Positions 48,628 to 61,038 of a DNA stretch of 64,000 nucleotides are shown piece after piece (position 1 is the first letter of the stretch; each line of letters starts with the position of its first letter). Made by a program: the position numbers and the translations under genes. Below the pieces are notes generated by a model. The model was not told the origin of the DNA. It worked only from the letters and a program-made list of their open reading frames with translations, and did not search any database. The DNA is taken from the NCBI GenBank assembly GCA_964016885.1, contig OZ024750.1:39494001-39558000 (forward strand), read 5' to 3'. This DNA is from Eledone cirrhosa (Eukaryota).

Positions 48628-48812
48628 TGTTTCTACTTTAGGCACAAGGCCAGCAATTACCCAGTGCATTACTGGTACTTTATTTTATCGACCCCGTAAG
48701 GATGAAAGGCAAAGTCAACCTCGGCGGGACTTGAACTCAGATCGTAAAGGGACGTAACTCTGCTGGAAAGCATGGCGTCCGACCCTCTACCGATACTGCC
48801 AATCCACCAATT
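48628..48812 (-). mobile_element. SINE family B with 15-bp TSD
   Basis: Flanked by GTAAAATAAAATAAC at 48613-48627 and 48813-48827; CpGs intact. Confidence 0.9.
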
Positions 48813-48850
48813 GTAAAATAAAATAACGAAATGTAGCATGAAATTGAGTA

Positions 48851-49713
48851 CAGTGTACCCCTGGCATTCGCGTCCAGAGTATTCACGAAATTTTCCTTAG
48901 AACCTAATTAACAATTGTTTGTGGAAACCACCGCATATTCGCGGAATCGTAAATATCTTCTGCGATCTTTTTATGGCTTTTTTCGTGGCAATATATATAT
49001 ATATTACTAGCAGAGATACCCGGCATTGCTCAGGTATTAAATAGCAGTTATGTATACCATTTATGTCAATGCTTCAGTGCTGCTTCTAAAACTATACTTT
49101 TACAAAATCATCGGCTTTTTCCAAAAGGGGGTTCCTGCCCCCAGGAGTCCCCTACTCAATATGTGCCAATTCACATTCATCTGTTGTAGAACAAACGTAG
49201 CTCATGTGTCAAGTTTTGTGGAAATCGGTTGCAAACTCCAGAAGTTATGACGTTTTGTTGCATTGCACTGCAGTGCTTCAGTCGACTCCAAGGAAGCGGT
49301 TGAAGGGGGTTATCTGCCGGGAGGCCCTATAATCAATATCTGGAAAAATGACAGTGCCCATGACCATCCGGAGTACATAAGTAACCTACGTCTTAAGTTT
49401 GGTGAAAATACTGTAGAAATGCATAAGGCTTACACACACGCGTGCGTGTGTGTGTGTGTGTGTGTTTGTGTGTGTATGTATTTGTGTGTGCGTATGTATA
49501 TGTATGTGTAGGTTCGTCGGCGCATACGTTTGTACTGGCCTCACGCTTTTTAACGTTAAATTATTAATAACAATATACCGTAATTACCGGCCTATATTTT
49601 ACATTGTTTTGACGTTTACAGATATTTTTATGGACCACGTGCATTATTCGCGGGTTTTCACTCTTCGCGGGTGCTCTAGGAACTTAACCCCCGCGAATAC
49701 CGGTAGACAACTG
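48851..49713. mobile_element. Tc1/mariner (Tigger-like) MITE with a nested Helitron/Helentron-like insert (~49005-49550)
   Basis: Imperfect TIRs TA|CAGTG..GCATTCGCG ... CGCGAATAC..CAACTG|TA. The insert starts TACTAGC..TACCCGGCATTGC and carries AAGTTTGGTGAAAAT motifs and (TG)n. Confidence 0.5.
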
Positions 49714-49779
49714 TATTTATTTGGTTTGATGTGAATCAAGTGATTCTGGAAAATTTTGTTTTCCTGGTGAATGTTTTCG

Positions 49780-50490
49780 CCGTGGGTCCCCGGGGGGTGC
49801 TTTCGGCCTCGACCCACAGTCATGCCGTCATAGTGTCAGTATCTTCATACACCACACTTCCCTCAACGAGACCATTAACCATGGCTTGACCGCCGCTGGC
49901 TTCCCTTCGCAGCTCGAGCAAGTCTGGTTGGATCCAAGGGGATGGCAAAAAAGCCAGATAACATCTCAGTCTTCTCGTTCCACTGAGGTAAGCCCCTCAT
50001 TTAGGACGTAATATGTAACTTCACCTGTGAACACTCCCCGTCCTACGGGGAGATCTCCCACCCACTTTGGGGTGAGTGAGAAATGTCTTCTCTTGTGAAA
50101 TTGCTCCATTTCTCCCTGTTTAGGGGCACTTTTTTTCATGGTACTCCCCGTTTGGGTTTTTAGAGGTTTTGCAGGTCTACGACACTTTCTCTACCTGAAA
50201 ACTGGTGAATTAGGCAACAGACCCCAGGTTTCATTGTCCAACAAGCTGAAGATGGCGAACTGTTGAAGTATCTGCAGCTTTCCTATAAGTTTGCCGTTAA
50301 ACCTATAGTGCTGGAGACTTCTGGCATTCCCGATCCCCCTACCAGGTCCCTACTCACTGCTATCGAGTCGGAGTTGGCCTCCCGCATGGGTGATCCCTTC
50401 GAGTTAAAATGTCCTTTAAACACTTCCTCGCTATCTTCCGAGGTAACGATTTCTCCATTCTCTCCGCTGGGACTACGAGGCAGCTTGCGT
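49780..50490 (+). mobile_element. CRE/R2-group non-LTR retrotransposon C-terminal pseudogene (zinc-knuckle plus restriction-like endonuclease)
   Basis: SCRH..HTSLNETINHGLTAAGFPSQLE...DGKKPD...GKPLI*DV...DTFS...QAEDGELLKY..VKPIVLETSG...GDPFE...AIFRGN, with stops, frameshifts and a ~150-bp insertion. Confidence 0.75.
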
Positions 50491-50537
50491 CTGGGGTTCT
50501 GTATGCCAAGGAATGTTCCCCCACATTGCCTGGTCTC

Positions 50538-52280
50538 ATATCACTGAGGTAGCTATGGTATAGTTTACTGATATCTACCACAGTATCTAGGTTGATATCA
50601 CTGAGGAGCTATGGTATATGTTGATATCTACCACAGTACCTGGGTTGATATCACTGAGGTAGCTATGGTATATGTTGTTATCTACCACAGTACCTGGGCT
50701 GATATCGCTGAGGTAGCTATGGTATAGTTTACTGATATCTACCACAGTATCTAGGTTGATATCACTGAGGAGCTATGGTATATGTTGATATCTACCACAG
50801 TATCTAAGTTAAGTTGATATCACTGAGGAGCTATGGTATATGTTGATATCTACCACAGTACCTGGGTTGATATCACTGAGGTAGCTATGGTATATGTTGA
50901 TATCTACCACAGTATCTAGGTTGATACCACTGACGTAGCTATGGCATATGTTGATATCTACCACAGTGTCTCGGTTGATACCACTGAGGTAGCTATGGTA
51001 TATGTTGATATCTACTACAATATCTGGGTTGATATCACTGAGGGAGCTATGGTATATGTTGATATCTACCACAGTATCTGGGTTGATATCACTGAGGTAG
51101 CTATGGTATATGTTGTTGATATCTACTACAATGTCTGGGTTGATATCACAGAGGTAGCTATGGTATATGTTGATATCTACTACAGTGTCTGGGTTGATAT
51201 TCCTGAGGTAGCTATGGTATATCTTGATATCTACTACAGTGTCTGGGCTGATATCATTGAGGTAGCTATGGTATATCTTGATATTTACCACAGTGTCTCG
51301 GTTGATATCACTGAGGTAGCTATGGTATATGTTGATATCTACCACAGTATCTAGGCTGATATCACAGAGGTAGCTATGGTATATGTTGATATCTACTACA
51401 GTGTCTGGGCTGATATCACTGAGGTAGCTATGGTATATGTTGATATCTACCACAATATCTCGGTTGATATCACTGAGATAGTTATGGTATATGTTGTTGA
51501 TATCTACCACAGTATCTGGGTTGATATCACTGAGGTATCTATGGTATATGTTGTTATCTACCACACTATCTAGGTTGATATCCCTGAGGTAGCTATGGTA
51601 TATGTTGTTGATATCTACTACAGTATCTGGGTTGATATCACTGAGGTAGCTATGGTATATGTTGATATCTACCACAGTATCTAGGCTGATATCACTGAGG
51701 TAGTTATGGTATATGTTGATATCTACCACAATATCTGGGTTGATATCACTGAGGTAGCTATGGTATATGTTGTTGATATCTACCACAGTACCTGGGCTGA
51801 TATCACTGAGGTAGCTATGGTATATGTTGATATCTACCACAGTACCTGGGCTGATATCGCTGAGGTATCTATGGTATATGTTGTTATCTACCACACTATC
51901 TAGGTTGATATCCCTGAGGTAGCTATGGTATATGTTGTTGATATCTACTACAGTATCTGGGTTGATATCACTGAGGTAGCTATGGTATATGTTGATATCT
52001 ACCACAGTATCTAGGCTGATATCACTGAGGTAGTTATGGTATATGTTGATATCTACCACAATATCTGGGTTGATATCACTGAGGTAGCTATGGTATATGT
52101 TGTTGATATCTACCACAGTACCTGGGCTGATATCACTGAGGTAGCTATGGTATATGTTGATATCTACCACAGTACCTGGGCTGATATCGCTGAGGTAGCT
52201 ATGGTATATGTTGATATCTACCGCACTATCTAGGTTGATATCACTGAGGTAGCTATGGTATATGTTGATGATATCTACAC
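50538..52280. repeat. Minisatellite, 54/57-bp unit, ~32 copies, with a 330-bp higher-order repeat
   Basis: Unit GATATCACTGAGGTAGCTATGGTATATGTTGATATCTACCACAGTATCTGGGTT. Confidence 0.97.
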
Positions 52281-52429
52281 AACGTATGACTTTAAACAGC
52301 GCCACAAACGACATGTTCATTAACTTTATCACATAATTAAAGAACTAACTCAAAGACAACGACCCCTCCCCCCACCCATATTTATATATATATATTTATA
52401 TATATATATATATATATATAAATATATAT

Positions 52430-52476
<47 letters not shown>

Positions 52477-53699
52477 AATATATATGATAACCACCCACCC
52501 ACCTACCCATCTATCCACCTCCCCCATTACATTATTTGTTTTACTCGATAAATGTTTAATTTTCAGAACAATTTCATAGGGAGACATTTTGAAAACTAAA
52601 ATAAAGCCGTCGCCATCTTGTTTATATTATTTCTGTATCTCAGCAATTTCTAACTGATTTCATTTACAATAATATCTCCTACCTCCTCGTTACACACTAC
52701 ACCGCCACACCACACCTCCATATATACATACTACACTACACTGCACTGCACTGCACTACACTACACTACACTACACTGCACTGCACTACACTACACTACA
52801 CTACACTACACTACACTACACTACACTACACTACACTACACTACACTACACTACACTACACTGCACCACAGTACACTACACCACACTACACCACAGAATA
52901 CTACACTATACCACAGTATACTACACTACACCACATTACACCACACTACACTACACTACACCAAACCACACTACACCACAGTACACTACACCACACTACA
53001 CCACAGTACACTACATCACACTACACTACATTACAACACACCACACTACACTATACACACCACACTACACTATACCACACCACACTACACTACATTACAC
53101 TACACTACACTACACTACATTACAGCACACCACACTACACCACACTACACTATACCACACCACACTACATTACAGTGCACTACACTACACTATACCACAC
53201 CACACTACATCACACTACACCTCACTACACTACAACACACCACATCACCACCTCTATTACCATCACCTCTATGAATGCTATCACCACTACCACCAACACC
53301 ACCACCACTATCAACACCCTACACCAGTATCATCACCTCCACTCATTACCACCAACAAATTACACTCTCTAGTGTTCCACCATTCCCATCCTATCGTTCT
53401 TTACAGTTCCAGTTCGCCATATACTTAAACTGATTATTTTTCTTTAGTTGTTTTACTCTGGGTCCCCTTTCATCTTGTTCATTTTTAGACAATCTTCTGC
53501 GGCAGAAAGCTATCATTTTCTCTTTACTCGTCACTTCAGTTTTGGCAGACGACATCAGCCGAGCAAACATCCAGAAATGTTTGTTAATATCCTTTCGCAA
53601 CATCGTTTTCACCGTCTTCCTTAACTATTAACGGATAATCGGAGTTTTAAGATGGAGAGGAATTACAGGGGAAGACAGGAAGATAAGGAAGAGAAGGAA

Positions 53700-54736
53700 G
53701 AGATAGATAGACAGAGATATATAGATAGATAGATAGAGAGACAGATAGATAGATAGAGAGATAGATAGATGGAGGTAGATGGATGGATAGATAGGTAGAT
53801 AGAATGATGGGTAGATAGCAATATATAGATAGAGTTAGATAGATAGATAGAGAGATAGCGATATAAGATAGTTACATAGATATATATCTATATATATATA
53901 TAGAGAGAGAGAGGGAGAGATAGGTAGATATATATATATTTATAGAGAGAGAGAGAGGGAGAGATGGGTAGATAGAGATATTGAGAGAGAGATAGAGGGA
54001 TAAACAGAGAGAGAGGGAGAGAGATTGAAAGACACATCCATCCATTCATACATAAATATATATATATATATATATACATACATATATACAGACACAGAGA
54101 CAGACAAACTCATAGATAGAAAGATAGATAGATAGATAGATAAATACATGGACAGATATATATATATGACAGAGAGAGGTAGATAGATAGATAGATAGAT
54201 AGATGGAGAGAGAGAGGTAGATAGATAGATAGATAGATAGATGGAGAGAGAGAAAGACTTGGTGGTATTGTTGGGAGCGGGAAATAAAGAAGGCAAGAAA
54301 AAAAAAAGCAAGACTAAAATTGAGGAGATGGTGTGATAGAGAAAATTATGGGTTGCCATCTTGGGATGTTTCGTTTATTGGTCTAACATTAAACGTCTTC
54401 AGAGAGTTTTGGATGTTCTACTGACATAACCAGCTATTAGCAATGGCGAAGACCATGGAACGGGAAGTAACAATATAAATAACAGTGGCGTGGGAGTGAA
54501 TCAGTGGCGGTAATTAATCTATCTATCTATCTATCTCTCTATCTATCTATCTATCTATCTATCTCTCTCTCTCTCTATCTATCTATCTTATTCTATCTTA
54601 TTCTACCTATCTATCTAACTACACAATGTTCATGTAAAACCCCCGCCGTCACGTCTTGTAACATCCCATTTCTTGTACGCCCTTGTGGCAAATAAAAAAA
54701 GATATTTGTCTGTTTGTCTATCTGTCTGTTTGTCTG

Positions 54737-54790
<54 letters not shown>

Positions 54791-54920
54791 CCCTTTGTAT
54801 TTGTCCCCTTCCTTTGCGCCCCTGTGGCTAATAAAGAAACATATCTATCTATCTATCTATATGTATGACTGTATGTGCCACCGAACAATTACAAGTGACA
54901 CAAAGAGCGAAAGAGGAAGC

Positions 54921-54982
<62 letters not shown>

Positions 54983-55170
54983 TCTTTATTTGCCACAAGG
55001 GCGTACAACAAATGGAACATTACAAGACGTGACGGCGGGGCTTTTACATCAAAATTGTATAAACTTTAACATTAATAAATTAAAATAAACTATAGATAGA
55101 TAGATAGACTGACAACACACAAATAGATAGACTGACAGCAGAAAAACAGATAAATAGATAGATAGATCCT
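53700..55170. repeat. (GATA)n/(TATC)n-rich region containing three LINE 3'-end remnants
   Basis: Remnants at ~54630-54700 (+), ~54789-54860 (+) and ~54980-55050 (-) end in GCCC(C/T)TGTGGC.AATAAA.AAA. Confidence 0.75.
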
Positions 55171-55400
55171 ATTAATGGAGGCTATTCATTTGTTGACTCC
55201 AATTGCCAGTTTAAAGTAAACACGACGAGTCTAAGGTTAAAGGTTTTTTCCCCAAAGGAGAAAGATGTACAAAACAAAAGACTTACAGTCTGTGAAAAAT
55301 ATTACACAATTATCTTAGATATATATTTTATATGTATTTTATATGTATTTATTGGTGAACTGTATATATGTTTAATATTGATATTGATACACATTTTACA

Positions 55401-55656
55401 TACGAGGGTCGAATGAAAGGTTCATAGGCTGACAAAGATACTCTCATGGAATGACCAAATGAGGTTTATTTTTTAACATAGTCCCTGGAAGGAAACAATG
55501 CAGTTATTAATAAGAAGAGTTGAAATTAATGCATGCAAGATTTCACAGGTCTAGTATTACTCCTTTATAGTCAGCCTATGACCAAGAGACTCTCATGGAA
55601 TGACCAAATGGGGTTTATTTTTCAACATAGTCCCTGGAAAGAAATAATGGTGTTAT

Positions 55657-55660
<4 letters not shown>
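55401..55660 (+). mobile_element. Mariner-like terminal fragment with partial internal duplication
   Basis: Starts TACGAGGG..TGAAAGGTTCATAGGCTGAC; inverted GTCAGCCTATGA at ~55570; CTCTCATGGAATGACCAAATG occurs twice. Confidence 0.45.
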
Positions 55661-55704
<44 letters not shown>

Positions 55705-55884
55705 AGAAAAGGTGAAGTTGGAAATAGGGTCTGTTTTTCTTTTTTCCCCCTTCTTTGATTCGTCAAAGTGACATTATTAAAGAGATGACATTTTTGAAAA
55801 CATGAGAGGGACACTTCTTTTAAAAAAGAGTTTTATAATATATATAAAGTATATAATGTATATAAAGTATATAATATATATAAA

Positions 55885-55930
55885 GTATTACCGGTTTCGA
55901 TGTATTAGTAAAACTCATCTTATCAAATGT
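55885..55930 (-). ncRNA. Hammerhead-like motif, U3-A8 core variant
   Basis: AT-TTGATAA-GATG...CATC-GAAA-CCGG-TA-AT; stem III is palindromic (ACCGGT) and stem I is weak. Confidence 0.45.
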
Positions 55931-56034
55931 TAAGTATTACAATTAAAAAGAATTAATAAGGATTAAAAACTAAAAATTAAAGATTTAAAATTAAGAGGTA
56001 AGTTTTTTCATCTTCCTTGTTGAGAAGGAGACTG

Positions 56035-56121
<87 letters not shown>

Positions 56122-56125
<4 letters not shown>

Positions 56126-56455
56126 TCATCATCATCATCATCATTTTACGTCCGCTTTTCCCTGCTTGCAAGGGTGGGACGGGAACTGATTCTGGCTTGA
56201 TTTCTACAGCTGGATGCCCTTCCTAACACCAACCTCATTTACAGTGAGGGCTGGGTGCTTTTTTGCCGTGGCACCTACACGACCACTTTACAGTGGAATG
56301 ACCACTTTGCATCTCATTTCTACAGCTGAGTAAACTGGAGCAATGTGAAATAAAGTGTCTTGCTCAAGGAAACAACACATCACCCGGTCAGAGAATTGAA
56401 CTCACAACCTTTCGATTGCAAGCCCAATGCTCTAACCACTAAGCCACGTGCCTCC
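56122..56455 (-). mobile_element. Full-length SINE family A
   Basis: Reverse complement of the 18626 copy, with a (CAT)n tail. Confidence 0.9.
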
Positions 56456-56497
56456 ATTATATATATATATATTGTTACTCCACGGTAATACAATATC

Positions 56498-56560
56498 TTA
56501 CGCTACTCAGAGTTTCGCCATGTACTCCGTGTAAACAAATTTCTCAATCATCAGGCCTAA
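56498..56560 (-). ncRNA. Hammerhead-like motif (stem II poor)
   Basis: TTAGGC-CTGATGA-...-GAAA-CTCtGAG-TA-GCGTAA. Confidence 0.4.
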
Positions 56561-56885
56561 TCATACATCAGATCGATATTATTTCTCCATTTCTGTAGTG
56601 TAAGATATACCCCCATTGTTCTGTAACTCACACACACTCACACACAAACTCTCACACACTTACACACACTCACCACAATCACACACACACACACCTAAAT
56701 AGACATACACACTCACACACAGTCACACACACTCACACACACCTACATAGACACATACACACTCACACACACTCACACACACTTACCCCTCCCCCTCCCA
56801 CCATATAAGAAATTAAGAAATACATGATTTACTGATTCAATTTCGTGCGAATAAAAGTTTTGTCTGGTATTGTGATGGGTTTGTG

Positions 56886-56938
<53 letters not shown>

Positions 56939-57083
56939 ATTAATACAATAACAGAGATAGCTTAAAGCTAAATTCTGACTGGTAACCATCTCACTCAACA
57001 AACATTAGGTTATATGTTAGTATAAACCTAATTTAAGTGTTTGGGGTGCTAACTATATGTATTATGTGGAAAGCCAGTTGTAT

Positions 57084-57136
<53 letters not shown>

Positions 57137-57189
57137 AACAGACACATATATATTCATACTCACACACACATATCTATCTATCTATCCAT

Positions 57190-59601
57190 ACCTCGACGGC
57201 CTGCCGCGTCTCTCGAACAAAGAGGCAGAGTCCTGCGAGGGACCAATCTCGGCTGATGAGATCGGAGATGCGCTGAGCCAATGCAGCAGACGCAAATCTC
57301 CAGGTCTCGATGGTATACCTTACGAACTTTATTTAGCAATGCCGGTCTTCTTCTCCGAACTCCTCGAAGCGGTCTACTGCAATTGGCAGCAGAACGGGAG
57401 AATTCCTTGTTCTGTAGCCAAGGGCGTAGTCACGCTGGTGAGGAAGGACGAGAACAAGGGGGATAGTATAAATAATTTTCGGCCCATAACCCTGCTAAAC
57501 ACAGAGTTAAAGATTTTGGCCAAGGTGTTAGCAAAGAGGTTGGCGCTTGTCGTGGGTGGCCTGGTGGGAGATGCGCAGACATGTGCTATCCCATCCAGGT
57601 CCATTCACGATAACCTCCACCTCATGCGATACATCATAGAGAGGGTTGGCAACAAACCCGGCTTCGGTGGGGCCCTGATCAACTTGGATCAGTCTAAGGC
57701 CTTCGATAGGGTCGACCATGGTTACCTGGATGCGGTGCTAGCGGCGGCTGGGTTCGGTCCTGTTTTCAGAGGCTGGATCACTGCCCTACATAGCAACCAC
57801 ATCTGTTCTAGGATCAAGGTGAACGGCTACCTTTCGAAGCCGTTCGAAATCACACGATCCATTCGACAGGGGTGCCCTCTCTCCTCCCTTCTGTACGTAT
57901 TGACTCTCGAGCCTTTACTGAGGAAGTTGGAGTTGTTGCAGGGTATCCCCCTGGAACCAGGATTGAGCAAAGCGGTGTCGGCCTACGCCGATGACGTAAC
58001 AGTAATGGTATCAACCGACTCGGAGATCGAGGCGATCGGTACCTTACTGGAGGAGTACGAAAGGTTGTCAGGAGCGAAACTGAACCGGGAAAAATCCATC
58101 GGGCTGCAACTCGGAACGTGGAGAGGCAAACCGATGCCTCCTGACGGTGTCGTCGGACACTGGACGGAGGGCCCGGTAAAGTTGCTTGGGGTCTGGTTTG
58201 GACCGGACCTCCAGGTGGAAAAGAACTGGAACGAGGTTACGAACAAGGTGTTTGCACTAACCCAGAAATGGGCCAAGTGTAAGCTGTCCCTAAAAGGCCG
58301 GGCGGAGGTGGCGAACATTTACATAGCGTCCGTCACTTACTACCGCCTGACTGTCGTGCCTTGCCCTAAGGAAACACTCACCACCATGGAACGCATGCTC
58401 TTCCAATTTCTTTGGAAGAAGCGTCCTCCTATGGTGAGAAGATCCATCTGCTGCCAACAACCTTCGAAAGGAGGGCTGGGGATGCCGTGGTTGATGATGC
58501 GTAGGCACGCATTAAGGCTACGGCACCTACAGGTATTCCTCACTGGTCAACCGGTGTGGGCTCCGTTCGTGAAACGAGCCTTTCCGAGACTCGTCTCACT
58601 CACCGAGCTACAGTCCTGGGTCAAGCAAAGATCCGGAAAACTGGGAGACTGGCACACTGAGTGTGCTCAGGCGCTCAGGGCTCTCTGGCAAGCGGGCCGG
58701 GCCATCGGTGGAGAATCCACCTCATCATTCTATAGAGGGCTGGTGGCTAGCAGGGGCGATGACACCCTTGGAGAGTCGCTGGACATGGAGGAAGACGAAC
58801 TGGCCAGCCTGTTCGGTAGGACTTTCGGCCCAGGACCAATGGACAACTTCCAGAAGTCACTGGCCTGGCAGTGCTACCGAGGGGCTCTACCCGTTCGAGA
58901 GAGGCTCTACAGACACGGGCGCCCGGGCAGGGATCCCTCAAAAAAGATTTGCCCTAGATGCGTGCGTCACGAAGAAACCGTGGCGCACGCATTGGTGCAA
59001 TGTCCGGGCGTGGCTGATCTGTGGGGCTACGCCGAACAACTGCTGTCGCGGGTGGCGCCGATTAAATTGACCGCCGAGTCCGTGATGACAATCAAACCGC
59101 CTCCCCTCTTCACAAAGGAAGCAAAGGCGGTTTTTCTGTGCGTAATAGCCATGTTGAAAGAGGTTGTTTGGTGGACACGATTGAAAGGTCTGAGGTCAGG
59201 CAACTTCCTCTCTGGCCATAGTCTGGTCTACTTCTTCCGATATCACTTCGGAAGAAGGATAAGAATGGAGAGAGAGGTGCTTGGCCACAGGCAGTTTTAT
59301 GAAAGGTGGGTGATAGTGGCGAGAATGGCTCGTGTAAATGGGCCTTCTCTGTATACCATCCTGTAGGTAAAGAAGTAAAGGAGAGGGGAGCACCTTCTCC
59401 ATGTGCTCCCCGGGCAAAGGATTGCACACTTTTTCGGGGGTGTGTGCAACCCCCATCACGTCCCCTCCCTTTTGAGGTTATTTTCGATTATTTTCATGTT
59501 ACACCCTTTTTACTCGATTATATGTAAACTCCCCCTTTGTATTTGTCCCTTCTTTTTATGCCTTTATGGTAAATAAAGAAATCTATCTATATATATATCT
59601 A
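57190..59601 (+). mobile_element. Young 5'-truncated L1/Tx1-type LINE (RT plus zf-RVT, ORF open to 59366, 3' UTR, ATCT tail)
   Basis: [43 protein letters not shown] and CPRC..EETVAHALVQC are present; the endonuclease is missing. The sequence is GC-rich with no stops. Confidence 0.95.
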
Positions 59602-59603
59602 AA

Positions 59604-61038
59604 CCCGGTAAAGTTGCTTGGGGTCTGGTTTGGACCGGACCTCCAGGTGGAAAAGAACTGGAACGAGGTTACGAACAAGGTGTTTGCACTAACCCAGAAA
59701 TGGGCCAAGTGTAAGCTGTCCCTAAAAGGCCGGGCGGAGGTGGCGAACATTTACATAGCGTCCGTCACTTACTACCGCCTGACTGTCGTGCCTTGCCCTA
59801 AGGAAACACTCACCACCATGGAACGCATGCTCTTCCAATTTCTTTGGAAGAAGCGTCCTCCTATGGTGAGAAGATCCATCTGCTGCCAACAACCGTCGAA
59901 AGGAGGGCTGGGGATGCCGTGGTTGATGATGCGTAGACACGCATTAAGGCTACGGCACCTACAGGTATTCCTCACTGGTCAACCGGTGTGGGCTCCGTTC
60001 GTGAAACGAGCCTTTCCGAGACTCGTCTCACTCACCGAGCTACAGTCCTGGGTCAAGCAAAGATCCGAAAAACTGGGAGACTGGCACACTGAGTGTGCTC
60101 AGGCGCTCAGGGCTCTCTGGCAAGCGGGCCAGGCCATCGGTGGAGAATCCACCTCATCATTCTATAGAGGGCTGGTGGCTAGCAGGGGCGATGACACCCT
60201 TGGAGAGTCGCTGGACATGGAAGAAGACGAACTGGCCAGCCTGTTCGGTAGGACTTTCGGCCCAGGACCAATGGACAACTTCCAGAAGTCACTGGCCTGG
60301 CAGTGCTACCGAGGGGCTCTACCCGTTCGAGAGAGGCTCTACAGACACGGGCGCCCGGGCAGGGATCCCTCAAAAAAGATTTGCCCTAGATGCGTGCGTC
60401 ACGAAAAAACCGTAGCGCACGCATTGGTGCAATGTCCGGGCGTGGCTGATCTGTGGGGCTACGCCGAACAACTGCTGTCGCGGGTGGCGCCGATTAAATT
60501 GACCGCCGAGTCCGTGATGACAATCAAACCGCCTCCCCTCTTCACAAAGGAAGCAAAGGCGGTTTTTCTGTGCGTAATAGCCATGTTGAAAGAGGTTGTT
60601 TGGTGGACACGATTGAAAGGTCTGAGGTCAGGCAACTTCCTCTCTGGCCATAGTCTGGTCTACTTCTTCCGATATCACTTCGGAAGAAGGATAAGAATGG
60701 AGAGAGAGGTGCTTGGCCACAGGCAGTTTTATGAAAGGTGGGTGATAGTGGCGAGAATGGCTCGTGTAAATGGGCCTTCTCTGTATACCATCCTGTAGGT
60801 AAAGAAGTAAAGGAGAGGGGAGCACCTTCTCCATGTGCTCCCCGGGCAAAGGATTGCACACTTTTTCGGGGGTGTGTGCAACCCCCATCACGTCCCCTCC
60901 CTTTTGAGGTTATTTTCGATTATTTTCATGTTACACCCTTTTTACTCGATTATATGTAAACTCCCCCTTTGTATTTGTCCCTTCTTTTTATGCCTTTATG
61001 GTAAATAAAGAAATCTATCTATATATATATCTATCTAT
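59604..61038 (+). mobile_element. Second, shorter tandem copy of the same LINE (equivalent to 58172 onward)
   Basis: Constant offset of 1432 nt, no indels, 7 substitutions by manual comparison. Confidence 0.95.

Noticed and set aside
53391-53612. 73-aa ORF in unique sequence
   Set aside because: No recognisable motif or convincing splice context.
57057-57190. N-terminal part of the 769-aa ORF
   Set aside because: It is in-frame microsatellite flank; LINE homology starts at about 57190.
57281-60959. Short overlapping and antisense ORFs within the LINE copies
   Set aside because: These are shadow ORFs of GC-rich coding sequence.
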